Source of the DNA: Desulfobacterales bacterium
Lineage (GTDB): Bacteria; Desulfobacterota; Desulfobacteria; Desulfobacterales; UBA11574
NCBI GenBank assembly: GCA_046484425.1
Contig: JAWOIY010000183.1
Coordinates: 83 to 64,082 of the forward strand
Reading direction: 5' to 3'
Length of the DNA: 64,000 bases
Shown piece after piece: positions 16,890 to 26,417 of this stretch. Positions within the stretch are counted from its first letter, which is position 1, and each line of letters opens with the position of its first letter. The notes beneath the pieces are model-generated. The model was given only the letters and a program-made list of their open reading frames with translations. It did not search any database and had not been told where the DNA came from. The translations under genes were made by a program, and so were the position numbers.

Positions 16890-19697
16890 ATGTTCAACTC
16901 ATACGCTATTAGACAGCTACACTTGGCCGATCCGGGTTTAGCCGCAGAAGTTAAAATCGCGCTGTCCCAAAAGATCGTTTCGGTATCTGATCAAGATCTG
17001 GTCACTTTATCGGAAGAAACCATATGGGCACTCTCCCTTGAAATATCTTTCGGCCGTTCTGTAGGCAAGGGTTATGCTGATCTTGTCGGTGAAACGAGTT
17101 CTGAAAATTTCAATCGCTACCGTGAACTCATCCGTTATTTCGGAGAAAAAGGACCGACACTGGGACGTATTATGGCCGAACATCTTGTACCAATATTAAA
17201 ACATGGTAATCATCTGTTTCTAAATCGTTTCTTGCAAACCTTAAAGATTATGCAAGAAAAGGGAACCTATACCCTGAAAGATCCTCTTGACGCGCTGGCG
17301 AAATTATTGAACGAGAAGGATCTTGATTCCGCACTTGCCTATGTTGATCTGCTGGGCGACACCTTTTCAGGAGATATGTCGTATGTTCAGTGCCAAAATC
17401 TTGCCCATTCCATTCCCCTTGCAATTCGATCTTTTTCTTTATCCAGGCGGGTCTGGCAAATCAAACAACTCCATCGGGTGATAAAGGCCGACCATCGCCT
17501 GTTCGATCCATTTTTGCAAGGCCTGGAAAAAGGGCTGTACCTTCTCTCCCAGGAAGCTTTGGACAGTTTTGTATCTGCGGCCATAGACAAGTTAGGTCAA
17601 AACTTTAAGCTGGCGGCTAATTTTTTATCCATGGAATCGAAACTCGGGATCGATACATATGCGGAAATGCAGGTTGCTGTTCCGCTTTCTGAGGTTCGAC
17701 ATCATCTAAACCGATATTTGCACGCTCGTACCGGCCTGGCCATATCCGTAAAATCACTGTCTGATTTGCCAGATCCCATACGGAAGACGAATGACCAAGA
17801 GATTTTCATCTGTTCAGATGGAAAATTTATTTATCTGCCCGACGAAATTGGTGAATTTTCCACAAAAGCCGATAATGCAAATCTGTATAAGTGCCTTACG
17901 CGGCTTGAGGCCGGACTTAATGAGTTTGGAACCTTCGATTTTGATCTGGAAAAGGCTACCCAAAAATGCCAAAAAGTGGCGGGAATTAATGATCAGATTC
18001 TCGAAATAGATGCCAACATTCATCTTCAATCTTCAGCATTCAGTGGCGAAGAATCTTCCGACCTTGAACGTTTTTTCTTGTCATTTCCGATTCCGGAGTT
18101 GGCGGACGATCTTTTTACCGTTTTCGAGCACGGTCGCATACGACAATTGCTCAACAGACAGTATCCGGGGCTTATCCGTCAAACCATGCCCGTCCTTCAA
18201 CAAAAGGCCCTTAGTCTGCTGAAGAAAAAAGAATCTGCCGGAGCTGTCTTTCTTTTATACCTCAAGATCGGTCTTGATTTTTCCATTGTCCACAACGTTG
18301 ATACCGATAAAAAAATTGCGACTTTTGTAAAAAAAATCGAAAAACAATTTAAACAGGCAATGGCTGCCGACCATTCGGTAGAAACCTGTGCAAAACTTGT
18401 GTACACTGCATATCCATACGTTGACATACTTTTAAAGGGTTCCGAAAGACCCGAATGGTCGAAAGAATGTTACAAACCCATGCCAACGCCATTTGGGAGA
18501 AGATTACGACCCGACCTTTTCTTCTTATCCCATCGCAATATTGAGCAGATTGCATCCAAACTCAAAGTTCAGCTGGTTAACAAAGGGTTTAAGGTTTATA
18601 AATCGGATATCCGTCGAAAATTGATGGCCAATAAGGGGGGTGTGTCCCATGAAGATATAATATCGGTCATACTGGACCATCAGGCCAACGGCCTTAAAGA
18701 TATGCCGAAACATGAACCATCCATCGATCTGTCATGGCTGGATCTTTCTAAATTGCTGAGCGGTTCATCTTTCACGCCTTTGGTCATTGACAACGGTGTC
18801 GGTCCTGTTTCCTGGTACAAAGAATGGGACAGCAACCTCAACGATTATCTCTCAGCCTTTGTAAGGGTTCTGGACAGAGCTATCCCGGAAGTTTCGGGTG
18901 ATTTTTATATTCGCACCCTGAAGGAGCATCAGCGACTGGTTAATCGCATTCGCTATGCTTTTGAACTGCTAAAGCCGGAAGGGCTCATGCGATTAAGGCA
19001 ATGGGTGGAAGGGGACGAGTTTGATTACCGAGCACTCATGGATTTTGCAATGGATAAAAAAGCAGGGAGAATCCCTTCCGACCGTCTCTATATCAAACAC
19101 ATAAAGCAAACCAGGGACGTGGCCGTACTGCTACTGGTCGATCTTTCCCGGTCAACCGCAAACCCCGTAAATAACTCAAAAATGACCATTCTTAGCGTTG
19201 AAAAAGAGGCGATCGTTCTTTTTTGTGAAGCCCTACAGGTAGTCGGGGATGCTTTTGCCATTGCGGGTTTCTCCAGTACCGGACGGTTGGGGGTTGATTA
19301 CCTTCGAATAAAAGACTTTGATGAAAATTTGGATGATGTTGTTAAACGACGCATTAATGCCATGACATCCCGGCGCAATACCCGGATGGGAGCTGCCATC
19401 CGTCATGCCACCACCCAACTCGAAAAAATTCCTTCAAAAGTGCGCTTGCTGATAATACTAAGTGATGGATTTCCAAACGACGCTGATTACAAACATCGAT
19501 ATGCCATTGAAGATACACGGAAAGCCATTTTTGAAGCCCGGTCAAAAAATATATACGCACATGCCATAACCGTCCATTTTGCCGGCGATCCCAAACTGGA
19601 TGATCTTTACGGAAATGTTCATCACAATGTCATATCTGATGTTCGTGAACTTCCGGACAAACTATTGCGTATTTACGGCAACTTAACCCGAAATTAA
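16890..19697 (+). CDS. large NorD/CbbO-like protein with C-terminal von Willebrand factor A domain
   Basis: The C-terminal VWA has the MIDAS motif in VLLLVDLSRSTAN, then AIAGFSS and LLIILSDGFPND. The ~700-aa N-terminal region is unrecognised. An in-frame TAA at 16884-16886 fixes the start at or after ATG 16890. Confidence 0.8.
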   Translation: MFNSYAIRQLHLADPGLAAEVKIALSQKIVSVSDQDLVTLSEETIWALSLEISFGRSVGKGYADLVGETSSENFNRYRELIRYFGEKGPTLGRIMAEHLVPILKHGNHLFLNRFLQTLKIMQEKGTYTLKDPLDALAKLLNEKDLDSALAYVDLLGDTFSGDMSYVQCQNLAHSIPLAIRSFSLSRRVWQIKQLHRVIKADHRLFDPFLQGLEKGLYLLSQEALDSFVSAAIDKLGQNFKLAANFLSMESKLGIDTYAEMQVAVPLSEVRHHLNRYLHARTGLAISVKSLSDLPDPIRKTNDQEIFICSDGKFIYLPDEIGEFSTKADNANLYKCLTRLEAGLNEFGTFDFDLEKATQKCQKVAGINDQILEIDANIHLQSSAFSGEESSDLERFFLSFPIPELADDLFTVFEHGRIRQLLNRQYPGLIRQTMPVLQQKALSLLKKKESAGAVFLLYLKIGLDFSIVHNVDTDKKIATFVKKIEKQFKQAMAADHSVETCAKLVYTAYPYVDILLKGSERPEWSKECYKPMPTPFGRRLRPDLFFLSHRNIEQIASKLKVQLVNKGFKVYKSDIRRKLMANKGGVSHEDIISVILDHQANGLKDMPKHEPSIDLSWLDLSKLLSGSSFTPLVIDNGVGPVSWYKEWDSNLNDYLSAFVRVLDRAIPEVSGDFYIRTLKEHQRLVNRIRYAFELLKPEGLMRLRQWVEGDEFDYRALMDFAMDKKAGRIPSDRLYIKHIKQTRDVAVLLLVDLSRSTANPVNNSKMTILSVEKEAIVLFCEALQVVGDAFAIAGFSSTGRLGVDYLRIKDFDENLDDVVKRRINAMTSRRNTRMGAAIRHATTQLEKIPSKVRLLIILSDGFPNDADYKHRYAIEDTRKAIFEARSKNIYAHAITVHFAGDPKLDDLYGNVHHNVISDVRELPDKLLRIYGNLTRN

Positions 19698-19813
19698 ATG
19701 GTCAGATTTATGTTTCATTTTCGGTATGTTGGTTTATTGACAATGCATTGATCAGGCATTAGAGTGTTGGAGATCGATTTTAATAATGCTATAAAAGGTT
19801 TATTAGATGAATA

Positions 19814-19824
19814 TGATGTCATCA
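19814..19824. promoter_or_regulatory. palindrome TGATG-T-CATCA just upstream of the fur-feoA fusion start (Fur-box-like)
   Basis: Perfect 11-bp palindrome 10 nt upstream of ATG 19835. A second perfect palindrome, CAATGCATTG, is at 19741-19750. Confidence 0.3.
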
Positions 19825-19834
19825 GGGAATTCAT

Positions 19835-20515
19835 ATGAAACGAATTCATAGCCAAGAAAAGGATCAGTTTAAAAAGCTGTTCAAGCAGGAAAATATCGAC
19901 AATTTCGAAGATCGATTCAAGATCCTTGAAGTCTTTCTTCAAACGGAACGACATCTTACCGTCAGTGAGTTGGTTCAGCTTCTAAATGAAAGCGGGTATC
20001 AATTTACACCCGATTTTGTCAGGGATACCTTAAAGCTGATGTGCCGATTCGGTTTTGCCCGTAAAAACAGGTTTAACAATGGAGAAGTACGTTACGAACA
20101 TCGACATTTGGGTCAGCATCATGATCATATGATCTGTACAAAATGTAAAAGTATTTATGAATTCGAAGACCAGCAAATCGAAAATATGCAGGTTCAGATT
20201 GCCGCAGCTTATAATTTTCATATGCTTCAGCATAAAATGGAAATCTACGGCATCTGTTCCAATTGCCTCAAAGATCACATACAACGTATGTCGCTGATTC
20301 ATGCCAAACAGGGCGAACGCCTCGAAATCAAAGAAGTTACAGGCGGCGCAACAGCACGTATAAGATTACTATCCATGGGTTTAAGAGTTGGAGACAAGAT
20401 CGACATTATTACCAATCTCAATCAAGGGCAATTGGTGGTTGCTGTGGGTTACAATCGGTACGTTTTAGGGCGCGGGCTGGCCCAAAAAATCCTGGTAGAG
20501 CCGATTACAAGCTAA
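19835..20515 (+). CDS. Fur-family regulator fused to a C-terminal FeoA domain
   Basis: The Fur part is a winged helix plus HRHLGQHHDHMICTKCKSIYEF and GICSNC. The C-terminal ~75 aa (LIHAKQGERLEIKEVTGGATARIRLLSMGLRVGDKIDIITN...) parallels the adjacent stand-alone FeoA. Confidence 0.8.
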   Translation: MKRIHSQEKDQFKKLFKQENIDNFEDRFKILEVFLQTERHLTVSELVQLLNESGYQFTPDFVRDTLKLMCRFGFARKNRFNNGEVRYEHRHLGQHHDHMICTKCKSIYEFEDQQIENMQVQIAAAYNFHMLQHKMEIYGICSNCLKDHIQRMSLIHAKQGERLEIKEVTGGATARIRLLSMGLRVGDKIDIITNLNQGQLVVAVGYNRYVLGRGLAQKILVEPITS

Positions 20516-20524
20516 TATGGGGAT

Positions 20525-20758
20525 GTGCTAATGTTATTGAGTGAAATGAAAGAAAATCAGACCGCGAGGGTCGTCCGCGTCGGCGGGAACGGGGCGCTGC
20601 GCAGAAGGATCCTCGAAATGGGCATCCTAAAAGGTACCCAGGTTTATGTTGAAAAATATGCTCCCTTAAAAGATCCGGTGGAATTAATTGTAAAGGGTTA
20701 TCACGTGTCACTCCGTGTTGAAGAAGCTGCACAAATTACCGTCGAAAATGTAACGTAA
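20525..20758 (+). CDS. feoA: ferrous iron transport protein A
   Basis: 77 aa, SH3-like FeoA pattern ARVVRVGGNGALRRRILEMGILKGTQVYVEK; start is GTG 20525 or ATG 20531. Confidence 0.85.
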   Translation: MLMLLSEMKENQTARVVRVGGNGALRRRILEMGILKGTQVYVEKYAPLKDPVELIVKGYHVSLRVEEAAQITVENVT

Positions 20759-20765
20759 AAATGTA

Positions 20766-22943
20766 ATGAATCAAAAACGCCTTTCAATAGCCCTCGCAGG
20801 CAATCCGAATTCAGGCAAGACCACCATTTTTAACATTATGACCGGCACCCGTCAGAAAGTTGGAAACTGGCCTGGGGTCACAGTTGAAAAAAAAGAGGGC
20901 TATATTAAAAAATCAGGATATGATTTAAAAATTATCGATCTCCCCGGAACATACAGCTTAACCCCTTTTTCCATAGAAGAAATCGTTGCCCGGAACTTTG
21001 TCCTGGATGAGCGGCCGGACGTTGTCATCGATATCATCGATGCATCCAATCTGGAACGAAGCCTCTACCTGGCAACGCAATTGAGGGAGATCGACTGCAA
21101 AGTCTTGTTCGCCCTGAACATGGCTGACGTTGCCCGCACCCGAGGAATTAAAATCGACGCCGATAAACTCTCTGAACTTCTCGCCGTACCGGTAGTTTTC
21201 ACCATCGGAAACAAAAAAATAGGTATCGAAACACTCCTGAACAAGGCCATAGAGTTGGCGGAATCGGATTATGTTATTCCTAAAAAACGTAAAGTAAAAT
21301 ACAGCAAAGACATCGAAGATTCTATTTCAATAATTGAACACTTTCTCGGAAACCACGCAGCGGATTCAATCCCCTATAATATCCGATGGACGGCCATAAA
21401 GCTCCTCGAAGATGATAAAATCGTGAAGGAACGCGTTCTGCAGAAAACCGGAAAAACCGGTGAGGATATTCTCATAGAAATCGGCAAACAACGGCGTTTC
21501 CTTATGGATCGTTTTGATGATGATCCGGAAATCGTAATGACCGACGAGCGTTATGGATTCATCGCCGGAATTATTATGGAAGTCCTCACAACATCTACAA
21601 AACAGCGTGTCGACATATCTCGAAACATAGATCTTGTCCTGACCAACCGGTTTGTCGGATTCCCAATCTTTATTTTTTTTATATGGGCCATGTTCCAGTT
21701 GACGTTTTCCCTCGGCGCCTATCCAATGGACTGGATTGACAGTGGCATCAAACTCTTCTCGGGCTTACTATCGCGGGTGCTTCCGGAGAATATTTTTAAA
21801 GATTTTCTCACCAATGGCGTTATCGCAGGTGTGGGAAGCGTTATCATTTTTTTGCCGAATATTTTGATCCTTTTTTTTTGTATCGCACTCTTTGAAGATA
21901 CAGGGTACATGTCCAGAGCGGCGTTTCTCATGGACAAGATCATGCACCTTATTGGACTTCACGGTAAATCTTTCATTCCCATGTTGATGGGGTTCGGGTG
22001 TAACGTTCCGGCCATTATGGCCAGTCGAACCCTGGAAAGCGAAAAGGATCGCACCCTTACCATTCTCATTACGCCCTTTATGTCCTGCTCCGCCAGACTC
22101 CCGGTTTACATTATTCTGGCCGGTGCCTTCTTTGGCGCAAAGGCCGGAACCGTAATATTCGGAATCTATCTGTTGGGCATTGTTCTTTCCATTATAACGG
22201 GCCGTCTTTTCCGATCAACCCTTTTAAGAGGTGCTGATGCGCCGTTTGTCATGGAACTTCCACCGTACAGAATGCCGATGATCAAAAGCCTTCTGATCCA
22301 CATGTGGGATCGAGGTAAGGTATTTTTAAAAAAGATGGGAGGCTATATCCTTTTGGGTTCGATTGTGGTATGGACACTGACTGCGTTTCCGAACAACATA
22401 TCATATTCCAAGAACTATGCGTTGGAAATAGAACGGACCAAAACCGCTTATAAAATTGAAATTGACGCCGCCCCGGAACCTGAAAAAGCGTTATTGAAGC
22501 AGAAACGGGATCTTGCCGTGGCAGAACTCATAAAAAACCGAAAAACTGAAAAGGCTGAAAAATCTTTTATGGGTCGTATCGGCAAAGTGGTTGCCCCCAT
22601 TTTCGAGCCCATCGGTATCGATTGGCGTGGAAGTGTGGCCCTTTTATCCGGTTTTGTGGCAAAAGAAATCGTTGTAAGTACCATGGGGATACTTTATGCT
22701 GCTGATGAAGAAGATTCGGAAGCCCTTAAAAATGCCTTATTTTCTTCAGGTATGACATCAGCTGCGGCTTTGGCCATGATGGTTTTCGTTTTATTATACA
22801 TGCCGTGTCTTGCAACATTGGCCGCAATCCGGCGAGAAACCGCATCCTTGAAATGGATGATCTTCAGTATTTCCTACAGTACGTTACTTGCGTGGGGTAT
22901 GGCGTTTATCGTTTATCAGTGCGGAACAATGATCGGCGTTTGA
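20766..22943 (+). CDS. feoB: ferrous iron transporter FeoB
   Basis: N-terminal G-domain (GNPNSGKTT, DLPG) followed by a polytopic permease domain; 725 aa. Confidence 0.95.
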   Translation: MNQKRLSIALAGNPNSGKTTIFNIMTGTRQKVGNWPGVTVEKKEGYIKKSGYDLKIIDLPGTYSLTPFSIEEIVARNFVLDERPDVVIDIIDASNLERSLYLATQLREIDCKVLFALNMADVARTRGIKIDADKLSELLAVPVVFTIGNKKIGIETLLNKAIELAESDYVIPKKRKVKYSKDIEDSISIIEHFLGNHAADSIPYNIRWTAIKLLEDDKIVKERVLQKTGKTGEDILIEIGKQRRFLMDRFDDDPEIVMTDERYGFIAGIIMEVLTTSTKQRVDISRNIDLVLTNRFVGFPIFIFFIWAMFQLTFSLGAYPMDWIDSGIKLFSGLLSRVLPENIFKDFLTNGVIAGVGSVIIFLPNILILFFCIALFEDTGYMSRAAFLMDKIMHLIGLHGKSFIPMLMGFGCNVPAIMASRTLESEKDRTLTILITPFMSCSARLPVYIILAGAFFGAKAGTVIFGIYLLGIVLSIITGRLFRSTLLRGADAPFVMELPPYRMPMIKSLLIHMWDRGKVFLKKMGGYILLGSIVVWTLTAFPNNISYSKNYALEIERTKTAYKIEIDAAPEPEKALLKQKRDLAVAELIKNRKTEKAEKSFMGRIGKVVAPIFEPIGIDWRGSVALLSGFVAKEIVVSTMGILYAADEEDSEALKNALFSSGMTSAAALAMMVFVLLYMPCLATLAAIRRETASLKWMIFSISYSTLLAWGMAFIVYQCGTMIGV

Positions 22944-23007
22944 TGACCCTTCAAAAGGTTTCTTCAATAGATCAAACAAAATCCGGGTAAAGGAAGGAGG
23001 CATAAAC

Positions 23008-23943
23008 ATGCCGAATTTTTTACCAGCCTATATGGATACTTTCAAAAAAGGATCGCTGGCAAAAAAGATTGAAACGGCATACGAAATACTAAAATCTTGT
23101 ACACTTTGCCCCAGAAGGTGTAAGGTCAATCGACTGGCCGGCGAGACCGGCGTTTGCAAAACCGGTGAAAAAGCATTTGTCTCAAGTTTTAATGCGCATT
23201 TCGGAGAAGAAGACCCGCTGGTGGGCACTCATGGATCAGGCACGATTTTCTTTACACACTGCAACCTGTTGTGTATTTTCTGTCAGAACTACGACATCAG
23301 TCATTTGGGGCATGGTGAGGAAGTATCAAATGAACAGCTGGCGGGTATCATGCTCCACTTACAGAACATAGGATGCCACAATATCAATTTCGTTACTCCG
23401 TCCCATGTTGTCCCTCAGATCCTTTCCGCCGTTGAAATCGCCTTACAGGGAGGGCTCTCGGTTCCCCTGGTTTACAACACCGGCGGATATGATTCAGAAA
23501 CAACGTTGAAACTTCTGGACGGTGTCTTCGATATTTATATGCCGGACTTTAAATTCTGGGACCCGGAAATTGCAAAGACCACATGTAACGCCAAAGATTA
23601 TCCGGAGGTGGCACAAAAAGCGCTTATAGAGATGCACAGGCAGGTCGGTGACCTTGTAACCGATGATACAGGCATTGCCATGCGCGGAATTTTATTAAGA
23701 CATCTGGTACTTCCTTCCAATCTTTCAGGAACCCGGGAAATCATGAGATTTGTTGCCCGCAACATTTCTCTGAATACCTATGTCAATATCATGCCGCAGT
23801 ACAGACCCTGCGGACGGGCCGGTGAGGTTAAAGAACTCTCTGTTTACCTGACCCAAAAAGATTATGAAGCGGCGATACAGGCGGCAAAGGAAGAAGGTAT
23901 TGAACGGCTCGATAGCCGAAAACGCCGATTTATGATATTTTAA
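23008..23943 (+). CDS. radical SAM protein (activase-like, function unknown)
   Basis: GGAAGGAGG RBS. N-terminal CTLCPRRC plus radical SAM motif CNLLCIFCQN. Confidence 0.8.
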   Translation: MPNFLPAYMDTFKKGSLAKKIETAYEILKSCTLCPRRCKVNRLAGETGVCKTGEKAFVSSFNAHFGEEDPLVGTHGSGTIFFTHCNLLCIFCQNYDISHLGHGEEVSNEQLAGIMLHLQNIGCHNINFVTPSHVVPQILSAVEIALQGGLSVPLVYNTGGYDSETTLKLLDGVFDIYMPDFKFWDPEIAKTTCNAKDYPEVAQKALIEMHRQVGDLVTDDTGIAMRGILLRHLVLPSNLSGTREIMRFVARNISLNTYVNIMPQYRPCGRAGEVKELSVYLTQKDYEAAIQAAKEEGIERLDSRKRRFMIF

Positions 23944-23962
23944 TACCGGTAAAAAATTTACG

Positions 23963-24394
23963 ATGAAAACTCATGCATGGACAACTTTTTTTCTGCTGCT
24001 TGCATTTGCCTCTGCTGCTTCGGCCGAGCGCTTGACAGTTGGGGTTTCCGTGGCCAACATACGCTCGGGGCCGGGAGAAAATTATGACATCTTATGGTCC
24101 GTAGAAAAATATCATCCGCTGAATGTATTCCAGAAATCAGGTCAGTGGTATCATGTTCGCGATTTTGAGGGAGATGAAGGATGGATCCATAAATCGCTTC
24201 TCCAAAATATTTCGTCGGTAATAACCACAAAAGAAAATTGTAACATTCGATCAGGTCCGGATACGCATTTTGAAATCTCGTTTACGGTTGAAAAAGGAGT
24301 TCCGTTCAAAGTTCTTAAGCGCGAAGGCAGCTGGATTTACATTCAGCATGCTGACGGCGACAAAGGATGGATTTATGAGTCGCTTGTGTGGTAA
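23963..24394 (+). CDS. secreted protein with two bacterial SH3 domains
   Basis: Signal peptide ending ASAASA. It has two repeats of the pattern ANIRSGPG..Y........P..V.......W..V.....EGWI. Confidence 0.75.
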   Translation: MKTHAWTTFFLLLAFASAASAERLTVGVSVANIRSGPGENYDILWSVEKYHPLNVFQKSGQWYHVRDFEGDEGWIHKSLLQNISSVITTKENCNIRSGPDTHFEISFTVEKGVPFKVLKREGSWIYIQHADGDKGWIYESLVW

Positions 24395-24442
24395 AGGGGC
24401 TAAATAATCTGTGTTTCAACAAAATAACCTGATGATAAGACG

Positions 24443-25438
24443 GTGACAAGGCAAATAGACAGGAATAGGAAGCTGATTGTGGGTGTCGGTTCGGCACTGA
24501 TTGATATTCTTGCACATGAAGATGACGATTTTTTAGAGAAAACCGGCGCTGTAAAGGGGGGAATGAGGTATGTCGACAGAGAATTTATTGAAAATACCCT
24601 GTTAAAAACGTCTCAGGAACCAACCATCGTACCGGGAGGGTCCGCCTGCAATACGGTCGTGGGCATCGGCAAGCTCGGAGGGGCGGCGCGCTTCGTCGGC
24701 AAAAGCGGTAGCGGTGATATGGCCCGACTGCTTGAAACAGGTTTGAAAAAAAACAATGTCGATCCGGCCCTTTTTAAATCATCATCGCCCACAGGAAGAG
24801 TGCTGTCCATTATTACCCCCGACGCCCAGCGTTCCATGTTTACATTTCTCGGTGCATCTTCAGAAACACAACCCGATGAGATCAGCGAAAATTGTTTTTT
24901 AAATGCCGCAATTGTCCATATCGAAGGGTATCTTCTTTTTAATGAGGATCTCATCATGGCGGCCTTAAAGGCCGCAAAATGCGTCGGTGCGATGATCTCG
25001 CTTGATCTTGCCAGTTTTACGGTTGTTGAGGAATCGAAAACGATTCTTAAGGAGATTATCACTGATTTTGTTGATATTTTAATCGCCAATGAGGATGAAG
25101 CACGGGCATTTACCGGATACTCGGATGAAATGAAAGCGCTCCGGTCCATGGCCGAAAACACACATATTGCTGCGCTGAAGGTTGGAGAGCGGGGAAGCTT
25201 TATTCATCGAAACGGAAAGACAATAAAAGTTAAACCCATGGGGGACGGTCGTGCCGTAGATACGACGGGAGCGGGCGATCTCTGGGCGTCCGGTTTTCTG
25301 TTTGGACTTGTTAACGGCTATCCCCTTGAGCAGTGCGGCAACCTTGGATCTGCCTGTGGTTACGAAGTATGCCGGGTCATTGGGGCAAACATTCCGGAAG
25401 AGGGTTGGCAAAGAATTAAAAAATTGCTGGAGGAATAA
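24443..25438 (+). CDS. PfkB-family sugar/nucleoside kinase (adenosine kinase-like)
   Basis: GVGSALIDIL N-terminus and C-terminal DTTGAGD anion-hole motif; GTG start. Confidence 0.85.
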   Translation: MTRQIDRNRKLIVGVGSALIDILAHEDDDFLEKTGAVKGGMRYVDREFIENTLLKTSQEPTIVPGGSACNTVVGIGKLGGAARFVGKSGSGDMARLLETGLKKNNVDPALFKSSSPTGRVLSIITPDAQRSMFTFLGASSETQPDEISENCFLNAAIVHIEGYLLFNEDLIMAALKAAKCVGAMISLDLASFTVVEESKTILKEIITDFVDILIANEDEARAFTGYSDEMKALRSMAENTHIAALKVGERGSFIHRNGKTIKVKPMGDGRAVDTTGAGDLWASGFLFGLVNGYPLEQCGNLGSACGYEVCRVIGANIPEEGWQRIKKLLEE

Positions 25439-26145
25439 TGGTACAAAAAAGAATATCCCGGTCCCGCAAAAGAGACCTTAATAACCCTGACGAGTTTGTA
25501 ACATTTTGGGCAAAAGTATTCGAGTCCATCGCTAAACATAAAGTTCAAGTCGCATGTATTTCGGGGTTTTTTGTTGTATCGATCATTGTTGCCGCGGTCA
25601 CTGTCTATTCTCTGAAAAAATCTGAAGATAGAGCCTTTGCGCTTCTTCAACAAGGTATCACCAAGTACCAGACGTTGTTGAAAACCGGTGATTCGAACAA
25701 GGCTTACCTGGATGCAGGAAAAGATTTTGAGCGGATAGCGGAAAAGTATTCAGGCCGAAATGGGGGGAAATTGGCCAGTCTTATTTATGCGAACATGTGT
25801 TATTCCGCTAAAGATTATGACAAAGCGATAGTGATTTACAAAAAATTGCTGACGGACTTTAATGATGAGTCATTTCTAAAAAATCTCATTTTAAACGGTC
25901 TGGGTTATTCCTATAGTGCTAAAAAAGATTACAGAAATTCAGTCGAGTATTTTGAAAGGATTGCAACAGCACCTGATTTTAGCCTCAAGGACGAAGCGCT
26001 TTTCAATTTGGGCGGGCTTTATGCTGCCATCGGAGATAACGACAAAAGTATAAACGCTTTTGAGAAAATTTTATCCGACCACTCCGGGTCCATGTATACT
26101 GAAATTGTCAAAGAAAAAGTAGCGGGACATCCAAACCGTTACTAA
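25438..26145 (+). CDS. membrane-anchored TPR protein (YfgM-like)
   Basis: One TM segment (ISGFFVVSIIVAAVTVY) followed by TPR-like repeats. The ATG overlaps the upstream stop. Confidence 0.7.
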   Translation: MVQKRISRSRKRDLNNPDEFVTFWAKVFESIAKHKVQVACISGFFVVSIIVAAVTVYSLKKSEDRAFALLQQGITKYQTLLKTGDSNKAYLDAGKDFERIAEKYSGRNGGKLASLIYANMCYSAKDYDKAIVIYKKLLTDFNDESFLKNLILNGLGYSYSAKKDYRNSVEYFERIATAPDFSLKDEALFNLGGLYAAIGDNDKSINAFEKILSDHSGSMYTEIVKEKVAGHPNRY

Positions 26146-26193
26146 ACTGATCGGTTTCAGGTCCAGGGTTCAAAAGTTACAACTGCTTGAATA

Positions 26194-26339
26194 GGATTGA
26201 TGATTCCAGGATGGATAATTATCGATTGTTGGAGCGAAGCGGGTTTGAACCCCCAGACCGTGTGGTCTGCCAAAGGTCTCTGATGGAGTTTATCGGAAAA
26301 AAAAACAATCATCCGTCATCAATTATCAATCAACAATCC
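26194..26339. repeat. imperfect terminal inverted repeats enclosing a tRNA-like T-arm/acceptor fragment
   Basis: GGATTGATGATT (26194-26205) versus AATCAACAATCC (26328-26339), 11/12 complementary; inner GATAATT/AATTATC. On the minus strand the enclosed segment reads GGGGG-TTCAAAC-CCGCT-TCGCTCC-A, i.e. a T-arm plus 3' acceptor strand with one G.G mismatch. No matching 5' half is present. Confidence 0.3.
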
Positions 26340-26378
26340 GAAATGCCCGACCTCACCCACCTGATGAAAAGGCTCCCC

Positions 26379-26417
26379 AAAAAAAAATGACCAATCGGCT
26401 AAATCCCATTGGTCATT
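26379..26417 (-). terminator. Rho-independent terminator
   Basis: 10-bp stem AATGACCAAT/ATTGGTCATT (26417-26408 / 26395-26386) with a 12-nt loop, followed on the minus strand by a T-run (A9 on the plus strand, 26379-26387). Confidence 0.5.

Noticed and set aside
24613-25161. 182-aa minus-strand ORF
   Set aside because: It is antisense to the PfkB kinase gene. Its Ser/Ala-rich translation is typical of a shadow frame.
26230-26300. Possible tRNA gene (minus strand) suggested by GGTTCAAACCCGCTTCGCTCCA
   Set aside because: Only a T-arm (with a G.G mismatch) and the 3' acceptor strand are present. No complementary 5' acceptor strand, D-arm or foldable anticodon arm could be found in either orientation. 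It is reported only as a tRNA-like fragment.
26187-26390. 67-aa plus-strand ORF between the TPR gene and the NtrC-like gene
   Set aside because: It has a non-ATG start, no RBS and an implausible sequence. It spans the inverted-repeat element, the A-run and part of the terminator, so the region is better explained as non-coding.
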